DNA of 64,000 nucleotides from Bacillota bacterium (GCA_021787335.1 JAJYMC010000062.1:90181-154180), one strand, 5' to 3'; numbered from the stretch's first letter, positions 1 through 9,383 are shown. A program made the numbers and translations. The notes: generated from the sequence alone by a model not told the origin.

Positions 1-1488
1 CATGGCCAGGGCGGCCGGGTTGACCCGGATGATGTTCCCGGCCGGGTCGGCGACGATCAGGCCGTCCGTGATGCTATCGAGCAACGTCTCCAACTCAGCG
101 AGGTTGGACTCGGTCAGGGCGGCCAGTTCCTCCGCCCTCCGGCGGGCCAGGACCTGTTCGGTCACCTCGTTGCCGATGATGATGACCGCCTCGACCGTGC
201 CACCGGGGGCAAGCAGGGGGACGAAGTAGCCGTCCCAGTAGGTTTGGCCGCCGCCGGGCCCAAGGGCCACTTCGCGCCCGCGGCGGATGACGGTCCGGCC
301 GGTCCGATAGACCTCCTCGATGTCGGCGATGAACCGTCCGGCGAGGACCTCCGGTAAGACCTCGGCGATGGAGCGTCCGACGAAGGCGGCCTCGCCGACC
401 CCAGGGACGTTGCGGAAGGTCCGGTTGGCCAGGGTGCAGCGATGGTCCGGTCCATGGACCACGGAGATGCCGATGGGGCTGTTCTCCACCAGTGTCTCCA
501 GGAGGACCTCCTGACGCCGCAACGTCTCGAGGGCGTCGGCCTTCTCCAGGGCGATCTTGCCGATCAATGCGGCCAGGCCAAGGAGGGCCAGCCCGAAGAC
601 GGCCAGGAGGGCCAGGCGTTGGACCAGTTCCGACCAAAGCGGGGCGTAGACGAGCGCCCGCGGGGTATCGACGAGGACCGTCCACGGAGCCATCTTAAGG
701 CGGGCGAAGCCGACCACCCGAGGTTCCTGGTCGAGGAACTTACCCTGATAGACCCCTTTGGTCTCTCTTCCCAGCCGCGGCCAGAGCGGGGTGTCGGTGA
801 CCTTTCGGCCCACGAGGGCCGCCGCCCCACCGGAGCCGGCGATGACCCGCCCATCGACGTCGACGACGGTGACCCCGGTGCCGGCCGGTAGCCCCAGCGA
901 ATTGAGGATCGCTGCCAGTTGTCGCGAATCGAGGCCGGCGCCCACCGCCCCGTTGACTTTCCCGTCGCGACCCCTGACGGCATAGGCGATTCCGACCGCG
1001 AAGGACCGCGGCTCAGGCCGGCTATCCGGGAGTGCTTGGACGGCCAGACCGGCGCCGGCCATCGCCTCGCTGAAGTACGACTGGTCTCCTATATAGGCCG
1101 GCTTTGCCCCGGGCTCGGGTGAGACGGTGGCGTAGCTCCAGCCGTCGGCCCGGGTGGCCCAAAGGTCGACATAAAGGGGATTCCGATCCAGGACGTCACG
1201 AAGGACCCGGGCCGCGGCGGCCGGGTCCTGGTCGACGAAGGCCGGCTGGGCGGCCAGGGTCGAGAGCATCGATTGGGTGGCCCGGAGGGCTCCATCGATG
1301 CCGACGGTGGTCTCGTGGCTCCAACGGCTGGCTGACCACTTCGCCTCGGCGAACTCCTCGCGGGCTTCGTGGAGGGTCATGACCACGATCATCGCCGCCA
1401 CGGCCAGCGCCAGCAGCGAGAGGAGCGCGGTCACGCCGGCCAGGGTCCCGCCCCTCGACAGGCGGGCCGTGAAGCGCAGGGGTCTCAC
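1..1488 (-). CDS. Membrane sensor protein (TM-dCache-TM-PAS-PAS), probably a histidine kinase; runs off the window start
   Basis: Not in the ORF track because it has no stop in the window. My translation from GTG 1488 (RBS GGAGG) gives two hydrophobic helices around a Cache-like region, then PAS-like segments (LVENSPIGISVV...YWDGYFVPL...GNEVTEQV; LLDSITDGLIVADPAGNIIRVNPAA). Confidence 0.8.
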   Translation of the reverse strand, partial: MRPLRFTARLSRGGTLAGVTALLSLLALAVAAMIVVMTLHEAREEFAEAKWSASRWSHETTVGIDGALRATQSMLSTLAAQPAFVDQDPAAAARVLRDVLDRNPLYVDLWATRADGWSYATVSPEPGAKPAYIGDQSYFSEAMAGAGLAVQALPDSRPEPRSFAVGIAYAVRGRDGKVNGAVGAGLDSRQLAAILNSLGLPAGTGVTVVDVDGRVIAGSGGAAALVGRKVTDTPLWPRLGRETKGVYQGKFLDQEPRVVGFARLKMAPWTVLVDTPRALVYAPLWSELVQRLALLAVFGLALLGLAALIGKIALEKADALETLRRQEVLLETLVENSPIGISVVHGPDHRCTLANRTFRNVPGVGEAAFVGRSIAEVLPEVLAGRFIADIEEVYRTGRTVIRRGREVALGPGGGQTYWDGYFVPLLAPGGTVEAVIIIGNEVTEQVLARRRAEELAALTESNLAELETLLDSITDGLIVADPAGNIIRVNPAALAM

Positions 1489-1660
1489 AAGCGGTGCCCT
1501 CCCATAGGTGTGGCTTGGGGGGATACCGGGGATGTAGAGGATACTTTTGTCTTCTAAACCATTCTCGACCACCCCCGACGAGTCCTGCCCATCCTCGTGG
1601 GCGGCAGGTATCGGCGATTTGACCGCGAAAGACCTGACCCGAAAACCTATCGGAGTGGAG

Positions 1661-2188
1661 ATGATTCCAATGGATGCGGTGTTCAAGAACGTCGCTGAAC
1701 TGATGGAGCTGTCCGCCCGCACGGCCCCCAAGGCCGCCGGCCGCGACTTCATCGTCACCAAGGTCGTCGTCGGCGAGGACCTGAAGCGCCTCGGCGCGGA
1801 GATGAAGAAGTACGGCGAGACGACCGGCAAGAAGAACTTCGACCGCGACGGTAAAAACGTCGCCGATTCAGGCGCTCTGCTGTTGATCGGACTAAAGACG
1901 GCCAAGGATGTCGGGCTGAACTGCGGCGCCTGCGGCAACGACAAGTGCGCGCAGCTCGCCGCGGCCCACGACGGCCCGGAGTTCTCCGGACCATACTGCG
2001 CCTGGCGCCTCGTCGACCTCGGCATCGCCCTCGGCAGCGCGGCCAAGACGGCGGGCATCCTCAACGCCGATAATCGCATCATGTATCGCGTCGGCGTGCT
2101 GGCCAGGAAGCTCGGCATCATCGACGCCGATGTGGTCGCCGGCATCCCGCTGGCGGGCACCGGGAAGAGCATCTATTTCGATCGCTGA
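1661..2188 (+). CDS. DUF2148 ferredoxin-domain protein
   Basis: Motifs SARTAPKA, NFDRDG, LNCGACG..C, DLGIALGSAAKTA, DNRIMY and C-terminal GKSIYFDR; RBS GGAG. Confidence 0.8.
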   Translation: MIPMDAVFKNVAELMELSARTAPKAAGRDFIVTKVVVGEDLKRLGAEMKKYGETTGKKNFDRDGKNVADSGALLLIGLKTAKDVGLNCGACGNDKCAQLAAAHDGPEFSGPYCAWRLVDLGIALGSAAKTAGILNADNRIMYRVGVLARKLGIIDADVVAGIPLAGTGKSIYFDR

Positions 2189-2220
2189 GACCGGCTTCAG
2201 TCGTTGAGATCGGCGCGGCC

Positions 2221-2243
2221 GTTCGATTCCGGACGGGTCACCA
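2221..2243 (+). other. tRNA 3'-end-like fragment (T-loop plus acceptor strand, tRNA-Glu-like)
   Basis: GTTCGATTCCGGACGGGTCACCA; no D or anticodon arm upstream. Confidence 0.4.
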
Positions 2244-2376
2244 GTCGAGGAAGACATTGGCATCACGCTTTTGCCGTTCGTTCAAAGTCAGTTAACAGTC
2301 CGGCAACAATTCGAGGTTACAGTATGGCTTGCAAGACCAATCGCGGGCTCAGTCCCAAAGGGAGGTCGGACAATCC

Positions 2377-3186
2377 ATGAAAGCAAGGAACATCGTCGCT
2401 CTGGCGCTGGCCGGTTCGCTCCTCGCGACCGGCGTCGCTTACGCCAGCGCGGGTGACGGCACGGCGACGCCTGCGCCGGCGACACCGGCGGCGAGCCAGG
2501 TCCAGCAACTGGACCCGGCGGTGCAGCAGCAGGTCAAGGACAAGTGGGCTGAACTCACCAGCCTCCGCAATCAGATCAAGGACCTCGACAAGCAGCTCGG
2601 CACGGCCCGGCGCGGTGACGCGGCCGCCGTCCGGGGGCTCAAGCAGACCAGGCGGGGCGAGGCCGACGGCATCAAGGCGGCCGTCAAGGACCGCCGCCAG
2701 TACGTGCAGTCGGCCCTGAAGCCGCTGCTGCAGCAACTCAGGGAACTCCAGAAGGAGATCAAGGCCGCCCGCAAGGCCAACGACACCGACAAGGTCAAGT
2801 CCCTTCAGGCTCAGGCGGCCGCCCTCCGCGAGCAGCTCAAGGCGAAGCATGTCGACTCTAAATCCCTCGGCGACAGGGTCAAGGGTCTGCGCGACCAGTT
2901 CAAGGCCAAGTGGGACGCCATCAAGGCGGCTCTCAGCGGGAACAAGACCCTCCTCGACCAGATCAAGGCCGTCCTCGGACAACTGCGGACGCTGAACCAG
3001 GGCCTCCGGGCCGACCAGCGTGACGCCCGGACCGCCCTCCAGAACAAAGACGGGGCCGGCGTCCTCGCCGCCCTCGACAAGGCCATCGCCGCCGAGAAGC
3101 AGATCCTGACTCAGAAGACCAGCCTGGTCGACCTCCAGAAGCAGGTCGGCGCGGCCGTCCAGAAGGCTGTCGGTAGTGCCAAGTGA
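2377..3186 (+). CDS. Secreted coiled-coil protein of unknown function
   Basis: RBS GGAGG, signal peptide MKARNIVALALAGSLLATGVAYA, heptad-rich K/Q/A helical body. Confidence 0.8.
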   Translation: MKARNIVALALAGSLLATGVAYASAGDGTATPAPATPAASQVQQLDPAVQQQVKDKWAELTSLRNQIKDLDKQLGTARRGDAAAVRGLKQTRRGEADGIKAAVKDRRQYVQSALKPLLQQLRELQKEIKAARKANDTDKVKSLQAQAAALREQLKAKHVDSKSLGDRVKGLRDQFKAKWDAIKAALSGNKTLLDQIKAVLGQLRTLNQGLRADQRDARTALQNKDGAGVLAALDKAIAAEKQILTQKTSLVDLQKQVGAAVQKAVGSAK

Positions 3187-3278
3187 GTGCCGACAGCGCC
3201 AAGTGACCGCAGACTCCGCCGCGTGACTCACGTTTCCTGACCCACTCGGAGACACCCCCTCTCCGCTGAGCATAGACG

Positions 3279-3314
3279 CAGAAAGCCCCTCCCCGCGGAA
3301 GGAGGGGCTTTCTG
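3279..3314. terminator. Bidirectional intrinsic terminator
   Basis: CAGAAAGCCCCTCC/GGAGGGGCTTTCTG inverted repeat between convergent genes. Confidence 0.75.
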
Positions 3315-3391
3315 TATGGACGGGGCCGGCCGGGACGATGAAAGGGCCGGCCCTGATGGGCAGGCCGGCCATGATGGGCCGGCCCGCTTCC

Positions 3392-4609
3392 CTAGTCGAC
3401 CAGGTAGTGTTTCGGCAGCGTCCCTCGCCTGGCCTCGTAGGCCAAGTAGATGAAGGCCGACTCGACCGAGTGCCACTGCGGGTCGCGCTTGGACATCAGG
3501 CTCTCTTCTTTGACCGTCTGGAAGGCCGCGTCGGCCCGGTCGTTGTCGCCCATGATGGTGGCCACGTAGGCGGTGACGGCCCAGGGCGTCAGGTCCGTCC
3601 GGGTGACCCACTCACCGTGGTAGCGGTTGAGCGTGGCCCATAGACCCTTGGCCCGCGGGTCGTCCGGCTGGATGAGGCCGTTCAGGATGGGGTAGAGCTG
3701 GCTGACCGCGTCCGGGTACCACGTCTTCCAGTTGGCCCGGGCTCGGCGGCCGTTGGCGGCCAGGTACCAGTAGTAGTTGCTCGTCTTGGGATCCCACAGC
3801 TTCTGCTCGATGCCGCCGGCGATGCGGACGGCGGCTTCGTGATAGCCGTTGCCGAGTTCGGGCAACCCGAGCCGGGTGAGCAGGGCGGCGAAGTCCTCCA
3901 GCCCGCGGTAGTCCTCGCTGTTGTCCATCAGGTACTTCTTCGGGTGATTGGCCTTCGCCCAGACCAGCCCGTCCTCGTCCTGCAGGGCGAGGATGACGTC
4001 GGCGACGAGCTTGATGTCCGGCAGGTGTTCGCGGGCGAAGCTCTCGTCGTCGGTGCGGTCGGTGTAGTCGCCGACCAATGACAGGAAGGTGGCCGCGTAG
4101 CTGTCAGCCGAATCGTATTCCATGGTCGGCGCGAAGTTCAGATGGGCCGCCGGCCCGAAGGTCGGGGCGACCGGCCGGCCGGCGACGACGCCCTGGCCGT
4201 CGGCCGCGTCGGGCGGCACCTGGCCGGCGTAGTTGTAGATGGTCCCGAAGAGCCCGGTGTCGTCGGGGCGGTTGAGGTGCCCGATATACCACTCCATGTA
4301 TGTACGGGCGGCGTCGGGGTCGCGCCGCAAGAGCGTCAGGGCGGCGAGGTTGGCGAAGTAGGGGATGACGTAATCGCCGCGGATGTTCTGGGCGATGGCC
4401 CCGCCGGTCGTCCGGCTCTGCATGATCCAGTTGTACTCGATGGACATCATGTAGTCCATCCCAGGCTCCGGCGCCGTCATGGTCGAACTGGTCCGCGGCA
4501 ACGCTCGAGCGACCCACGCGGTGACCGGGAACGCCAGCCCGAGGGCAACGGCGAGGACGAGGGCTGAGGCGATGGCGCGTTGCTGTCGGCTAAGGGCGGG
4601 GACTTGCAT
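3392..4609 (-). CDS. Membrane-anchored or secreted six-hairpin glycosidase-like protein
   Basis: RBS GGAAAGGAG, N-terminal hydrophobic helix, motifs PYFAN, YDSADSYAATFL, YLMDNSE, WYPDAVSQ suggesting an alpha/alpha barrel. Confidence 0.6.
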   Translation of the reverse strand: MQVPALSRQQRAIASALVLAVALGLAFPVTAWVARALPRTSSTMTAPEPGMDYMMSIEYNWIMQSRTTGGAIAQNIRGDYVIPYFANLAALTLLRRDPDAARTYMEWYIGHLNRPDDTGLFGTIYNYAGQVPPDAADGQGVVAGRPVAPTFGPAAHLNFAPTMEYDSADSYAATFLSLVGDYTDRTDDESFAREHLPDIKLVADVILALQDEDGLVWAKANHPKKYLMDNSEDYRGLEDFAALLTRLGLPELGNGYHEAAVRIAGGIEQKLWDPKTSNYYWYLAANGRRARANWKTWYPDAVSQLYPILNGLIQPDDPRAKGLWATLNRYHGEWVTRTDLTPWAVTAYVATIMGDNDRADAAFQTVKEESLMSKRDPQWHSVESAFIYLAYEARRGTLPKHYLVD

Positions 4610-4784
4610 GGCCCGGCCGCTCCTTTCCATGGGACGCAAAGAGCAGAAGTCGCGAAGGACGCAAGACTGCCAGGGCTGCCTCGGTCGGGCGCCAACTGTT
4701 GAATGGTTAACGATTCGTCGGCCGAACGAAAAGTCCTGCTCGGCCGGGTTTTGGGCGGGCGCGCGAAGCAATGGGAGCCGAGGC

Positions 4785-4821
4785 AAAAAGAGGGCGGGGT
4801 CGATGACGACCCCGCCCCTTT
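4785..4821 (-). terminator. Intrinsic terminator after the folate ECF gene
   Basis: GGGCGGGGTC/GACCCCGCCC stem followed by a T-run on the minus strand. Confidence 0.8.
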
Positions 4822-4879
4822 CGTCCCGCGAACGCGAAGACGATGGGCTTACGATACCTTTTGCTTTGTAAAGACCGGC

Positions 4880-5434
4880 TCAGCTCTTCCGGTCAGCCCT
4901 GACGAGAGAGGCGATGGGCAGGGGCATGGCGTTGGTGACCAGGGTCACCAGCCCGGCGAAGGCCGGCACGAGCACGGCGCGGGCGATGATCCGCGGCGGC
5001 AGGATGGCCATGATGGCCTTGCCGTACATGATGTGAAGCCAATAGGTGTTCAGGATGACCGAGGTGATGAGGTCGGAGCAGGCCAGGGCGGCCAGGTAGC
5101 GCCAGAACCCGGGCTTGTCCGAGCGCCCCATCGAGAAGAGCCGCAGGAACAGCCAGGGCAGCACGCCGACGAGGGCCGAGGTCAGGGTGAAGCCGGGGAA
5201 GAACGGGCCGCCCATCGGGTTCAGCATCGAACCCACGAGGTCGGCGGCGATGCCGACGATGGCTCCCCACGCCGGGCCGAGGAAAAGGCTGGCGAGGATG
5301 ATCGGAACGTCGCCGAAGGACAGTCGCAGGGCCAGCACACCCGCCAACGGGATCATGACACCGGCGAAACGGGTCAGGACCACGCTGGCCGCGATGAGGA
5401 GCCCCGCACGGGTCAGGTTCAGGACGCCGCGCAT
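4880..5434 (-). CDS. folT: Folate-family ECF transporter S component
   Basis: LRLSFGDVPIILASLFLGPAWGAIVGIAADLVG...GPFFPGFTL...ILNTYWL; downstream of a THF riboswitch. Confidence 0.9.
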   Translation of the reverse strand: MRGVLNLTRAGLLIAASVVLTRFAGVMIPLAGVLALRLSFGDVPIILASLFLGPAWGAIVGIAADLVGSMLNPMGGPFFPGFTLTSALVGVLPWLFLRLFSMGRSDKPGFWRYLAALACSDLITSVILNTYWLHIMYGKAIMAILPPRIIARAVLVPAFAGLVTLVTNAMPLPIASLVRADRKS

Positions 5435-5502
5435 AGGAAAACCCCCTCTTGTCGCGGCAGAGGCCGTGTTGCTAGAGAGGGGGTCTGTCATCCCCACTGC
5501 AG

Positions 5503-5636
5503 CGACAGCGGACGCGACGTCGCACCGCAGGGGCCGGGTCAGCCGATATCCGCCCAGCGGATCGGCCGACCTTCCCCTTTCGTCCCCGGGCGACTTCCCA
5601 TCCCGGGGCACTTGACGCGCAACGCCTACTCTGCCG
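5503..5636 (-). ncRNA. THF riboswitch with an extended distal stem
   Basis: Minus strand reads GCAGAGTAG...GCGTCAAGTG...GATGGGAAGTCG...ACGAA...GCGGTG...GCGTCCGCTG, matching the THF aptamer consensus; lies upstream of folT. Confidence 0.9.
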
Positions 5637-5654
5637 AAAGTTTTTTGCGCCTTG

Positions 5655-5683
5655 AGTATACCAGATGGTGACGCCGAAGGCAA
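5655..5683 (-). promoter_or_regulatory. sigma70/SigA promoter for the riboswitch-folT leader
   Basis: TTGCCT-N17-TATACT with an extended -10 TG. Confidence 0.7.
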
Positions 5684-5736
5684 TCGGTGTAAAGCTGCTG
5701 CTATCGAGCCCATGGTTGCAGCCGCCGTCGGGGCCG

Positions 5737-6816
5737 TCAGGCGCGCCCGGCTGCCTCGACCAGGATGGCCTCGAGCGGCTCGGCGACCCTCAGCATGGCC
5801 CCCAGGATGCGCGCCGAACGCTGGATCTCGTGGAGGAGGTCGCTGCCCGGCGGGATGAAGTCCGTCTCGATGATGTCCGGGGCGTAGCGATGGACGAGCA
5901 GCGGCAGGACGGCCGCGGCCTGCATCTCCGTCAACGGACGGCGGGCGGCGTAGGCCCGGATGAGTTCGGCCACGTGGTCGAGCCGGATGGTCGGGTCGGC
6001 GCGGCTCGTCCGCCCGAACATGTAGATGCCCGTGGCGAGGTCGTAGAGCGGGGATTCCCAGCGGACCACGTCGAGGTCGAAGAGACCGGTGACGACCGCG
6101 CCGTCATACTTCAGGTTGCGGCCGTGGAAGTCGCCCCAGACCAGCTGCTTGGGCAGGGCGGCATAGGCCCGCGCGGGCAGGCGCTCGATCATGTAGCGAT
6201 GGGCGTCGAGCATGGTCGCGCGCTCGGCGTCGGACAAGGGCCTGGCCCAGTCCTCGGTGAAGGCTTCGGTCAGGAGAAGCCGGCCGGCCGCGGCCCAGGC
6301 GGGGTAGGGGATGAAGCCCGGCGGTTCGACGTAGCCGGCGACAACTGCCCGCCCGAGGAAGTCGTGCAGCTCCGCCAGCAGCCTGGCCGAGGCTCGGACC
6401 TGGTCCAGCCGGCCGTAGTCGTGGTCATCGCCGGCGACCCAATCGTAGACGGCCCAGGCCCGGCCGCCGTGCAGGGTCAGCCGCTGGCCGCGTTCGTTGA
6501 GCCGGACCCGGGCCACCGGGAACCCGGCCTCCCGCAGGGCCTCGTGCAGCCGCATCTGGAACTCGATCCGGGGCCGGTCGCGGTTGCGGCGGAAGCAGCG
6601 GACCACGAGGAGTTCGGCGGGCACTGCGCCGCCCGCAGCGTCGCGGCCGCCGTTGCCGGCGCGGCCTCCGCCGGCCACGGTGACGACGTAGTTCGGGTTC
6701 ATCACGCTGGCTTCGAGAAGGTCGACCGAGGCCAGACGTTCCGGGGCGAGGCCGTAGGAAGATGCCAGGAGTTCTCGGACCGCCGCTTCGTCGCCGGCCA
6801 GCGGGGACTGTCCCAC
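5737..6816 (-). CDS. Aminoglycoside/homoserine kinase type II-like phosphotransferase
   Basis: Brenner-like motif WGDFHGRNL and FDLD; LAELH. Confidence 0.8.
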   Translation of the reverse strand: MGQSPLAGDEAAVRELLASSYGLAPERLASVDLLEASVMNPNYVVTVAGGGRAGNGGRDAAGGAVPAELLVVRCFRRNRDRPRIEFQMRLHEALREAGFPVARVRLNERGQRLTLHGGRAWAVYDWVAGDDHDYGRLDQVRASARLLAELHDFLGRAVVAGYVEPPGFIPYPAWAAAGRLLLTEAFTEDWARPLSDAERATMLDAHRYMIERLPARAYAALPKQLVWGDFHGRNLKYDGAVVTGLFDLDVVRWESPLYDLATGIYMFGRTSRADPTIRLDHVAELIRAYAARRPLTEMQAAAVLPLLVHRYAPDIIETDFIPPGSDLLHEIQRSARILGAMLRVAEPLEAILVEAAGRA

Positions 6817-6991
6817 CGAGCCTCACCACCAGTCAACACGGCTTTCGAAAAAGGGCGCCCAGGGGACGAGTTCCACTTCCTGCCAGTGATATCCTCCCGG
6901 TGACCCGCCGGCCGCCCGGGAATGGGGGTGGCAGTGGGCGGGAAGAAGGTTCGGCCAGCTACTCCGGCGAACCCTTCGGGCATTCGAGGGG

Positions 6992-7333
6992 GTGTGTCCC
7001 ATCAAGAGTTTGATGCAGAAGGTCGCCGCCTTCCGCGACGAGCGGAACTGGGCCCAGTATCACAACCCCAAGGACCTGGCCATCTCCCTGAGCCTGGAGG
7101 CGGCCGAGTTGCTCGAGTGCTTCCAATGGAAAAGCAGCGAGGACGCCGTCCGCGAGAAGCGGGCCGAGGTCGTCGACGAGCTGGCCGACGTCCTCATCTA
7201 CGCCCTGTCAATGGCCGACGCTCTGGGCGTCGACCCCGAGCGGGCGGTCTTCGACAAACTGGCCAAGAATGCCGCCAAGTACCCGGTGGCCAAGGCTTAC
7301 GGGTCGGCGCGGAAGTACACCGAATACAAGTGA
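6992..7333 (+). CDS. MazG-like nucleotide pyrophosphohydrolase (dCTPase-like)
   Basis: FRDERNWAQYHNPKDLAISLSLEAAELLECFQW...DELADV...KNAAKYP. Confidence 0.9.
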   Translation: MCPIKSLMQKVAAFRDERNWAQYHNPKDLAISLSLEAAELLECFQWKSSEDAVREKRAEVVDELADVLIYALSMADALGVDPERAVFDKLAKNAAKYPVAKAYGSARKYTEYK

Positions 7334-7381
7334 CGGGGGCGAGTGACGGGGGCGAGTAACGGGGGCGGACCACGGGGGCGG
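7330..7381 (+). repeat. Four degenerate 13-bp tandem repeats, each with a G5 run
   Basis: GTGACGGGGGCGA twice, then GTAACGGGGGCGG and ACCACGGGGGCGG. Confidence 0.85.
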
Positions 7382-7409
7382 GAACCCCGGCCTGGGGGCG
7401 CGCGTCATA
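7381..7409 (+). promoter_or_regulatory. ECF sigma-type promoter with no intact downstream gene
   Basis: GGAAC-N17-CGTCATA, the same spacing as the motifs at 34706-34732 and 48699-48727. Confidence 0.5.
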
Positions 7410-7481
7410 ACTGTAGAAGCCCACGGGAGGGAAACGATGAACCACCACCGGGGGTGGGGCAATGACACCCACCGCGTGGAC

Positions 7482-8759
7482 CTACCCCTGACCGCGGATA
7501 GACCTGTCCAGCACGACCAACAACGAGCGTTCACCCCACTCAAAGTGACCGCTGACCTCACCCTTCAGACCGTCGGCCGATAACAGCAGACTGCCTCCTG
7601 CCCCGCTGACCTCAGGGCGGGAGGGTAAGCCGGTGACGGTCAAACGTTTGAACCCTCCGGTCACCGGGTGGTTCCCTTGCCCCTCCGTCAGGGATCGCCG
7701 GCCGAACACTTCGATCCAGCCGGCGGCCGTGCCAAGCCTCAGATAGCGCCCGTGGAGCAAGGCGCGGGGACCGACCAGCGTGAGGTTCATCGGGTCGAAG
7801 CCGCGCAGTTGGAGCGGAGCGGATTGATCGGCCAACACCACCACTGACCAGCCGTCCATCGACTCGAACACCTTGAGTTCACGCGACCTCTTGGCCAACA
7901 AGGCTTGACAGTCGGCCGCCGCCCGCTGGCGGGCGGCTTCTGTCTCTTCGCTGGTGAACGCGTGAGGGGCCGCGGTCAGGGTTGCGGCCAGGAGTTCATC
8001 AATGGATGCCGCGGCCCCACTCTCGAGCCGGCCCTTCCAGTCGTCCGAGAAACGGTCCAGCAACAGCGCCAGGGCCAGGCCGGTCGAGTAGCAGCGCGGG
8101 CGGACGGCGTCGGGGGCCCAATCAGCCTCCGGCAGGGCCGGCCGGGCTACGTCGGGCCAGGCCAGCCGTTCGACGTAGGTGGCCAACCCTTCGTTGAGTT
8201 CCGTCCGTCGCTCGTAGGCCACGTGGGCCGGGTCCATCACGGCGTATCGCTCGCGGCGCATGGCCAGGGCCGTCGCCGCCCAGCCCGCGGCATCGTCCAA
8301 CCGCTCCGCTGAGAGCGCCCGGCGAAGGGCCTCCGTCTCCAGACGGCGAAGCTGAAGCAGCCCCACGTTTTCGAACGGGTAAGTCAGCAGGTCGATCTCG
8401 TTGGCACTCCAGCCGAGGTGTTTCGCCCGTTGGAAGACGTGGAACATCTCGTGGATGACGACCGCGGCGGCCTGCGATGGGCTCAGCCCGGCCGCGGAGT
8501 CCAACATGAACGTGGCCGTGCCGACCCCGGCGAGGGTGATGTTGGTGTTGGCGACGATGGCCGGGTGCCGACCGGCATGCGTGGCGGGCTCGCCGGGCGC
8601 CGCCGGGCCGGCGAATTCGGGCGGCGGGCTCGGATGGCCGAACAGATAGGTTCGTTCGCCGTCATATAGGGCGACCGGGGTGGACAGCGGGTCGAACGAG
8701 GGCCACAACGGTCGGGTCCCGAGGCGTTCGACCTCAGCCATAAGCTCAAGCGGTTTCAC
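7482..8759 (-). CDS. Hypothetical HExxH metallopeptidase-like protein
   Basis: IHEMFH followed by ELNEGLATYVE; RBS AAGGAG before GTG 8759. Confidence 0.7.
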   Translation of the reverse strand: MKPLELMAEVERLGTRPLWPSFDPLSTPVALYDGERTYLFGHPSPPPEFAGPAAPGEPATHAGRHPAIVANTNITLAGVGTATFMLDSAAGLSPSQAAAVVIHEMFHVFQRAKHLGWSANEIDLLTYPFENVGLLQLRRLETEALRRALSAERLDDAAGWAATALAMRRERYAVMDPAHVAYERRTELNEGLATYVERLAWPDVARPALPEADWAPDAVRPRCYSTGLALALLLDRFSDDWKGRLESGAAASIDELLAATLTAAPHAFTSEETEAARQRAAADCQALLAKRSRELKVFESMDGWSVVVLADQSAPLQLRGFDPMNLTLVGPRALLHGRYLRLGTAAGWIEVFGRRSLTEGQGNHPVTGGFKRLTVTGLPSRPEVSGAGGSLLLSADGLKGEVSGHFEWGERSLLVVLDRSIRGQG

Positions 8760-8793
8760 CTGACCACTCCTTGGCGGACGGGGGTAGAGGAGC

Positions 8794-9330
8794 TTGGGAG
8801 CGCGGCACAAGAAGGTCATCATCATCGGGTCGGCCGGGGCGGGCAAATCCACGCTGGCCAAGCGCCTCGGGCCACTTCTGGGGCTGGGGGTCTTCCACCT
8901 CGACGCCCTTTTCTGGAAGCCCGGGTGGGTGCAGACGCCCAGGGACGAGTGGCGCGCCCTGCAGCAGGAACTGCTCGCCCGCGACTCGTGGCTCATCGAC
9001 GGCAACTACGGCAGCACCCTGGAACTCCGGCTGGCCGCCGCCGACACGGTCATCTTCATGGATTTCCCGCGTTGGCTATGCCTCTGGAGGGTGTTCAACC
9101 GCCGCATCCAGTATCGAGGGCGGACCCGGTCCGACATGGGCCCCGGTTGCCCGGAACACATCGACTGGGAATTCTTTCGATGGGTCTGGCGCTTTCCCCT
9201 CGTCGAACGTCCGGAGGTCCTCTGGAAGCTGGACCAGTATGCGCGGGGGAAGACGGTCTACCACCTGCGGTCCCCAGCCGAGGTCCGGCGGTTCCTGGCG
9301 GAGATAGAAGCGCGACCGGGCGCTGGGTGA
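8794..9330 (+). CDS. Adenylate kinase-like protein (FlaR / topology modulation family)
   Basis: GSAGAGKST, HLDALFWKPGW, WLIDGNY, RSDMGPGCPE. Confidence 0.9.
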   Translation: MGARHKKVIIIGSAGAGKSTLAKRLGPLLGLGVFHLDALFWKPGWVQTPRDEWRALQQELLARDSWLIDGNYGSTLELRLAAADTVIFMDFPRWLCLWRVFNRRIQYRGRTRSDMGPGCPEHIDWEFFRWVWRFPLVERPEVLWKLDQYARGKTVYHLRSPAEVRRFLAEIEARPGAG

Positions 9331-9383
9331 TATTGGCAGGATTTCCCGCCGGCCGTGGTGAAGACTCGGGACCATGAAGGCGA

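Noticed and set aside
2189..2243. Complete tRNA gene
   Set aside because: It is too short and has no D or anticodon arm.
4631..4680. GGGACGCAAAG...CAGGGCTGCC resembling a c-di-GMP-I riboswitch
   Set aside because: It is on the opposite strand to the adjacent gene and lacks the upstream GAAA-tetraloop stem.
7330..7381. Possible CRISPR array
   Set aside because: These are contiguous 13-bp units with no spacers and no cas genes. I saw no CRISPR array anywhere in the window.
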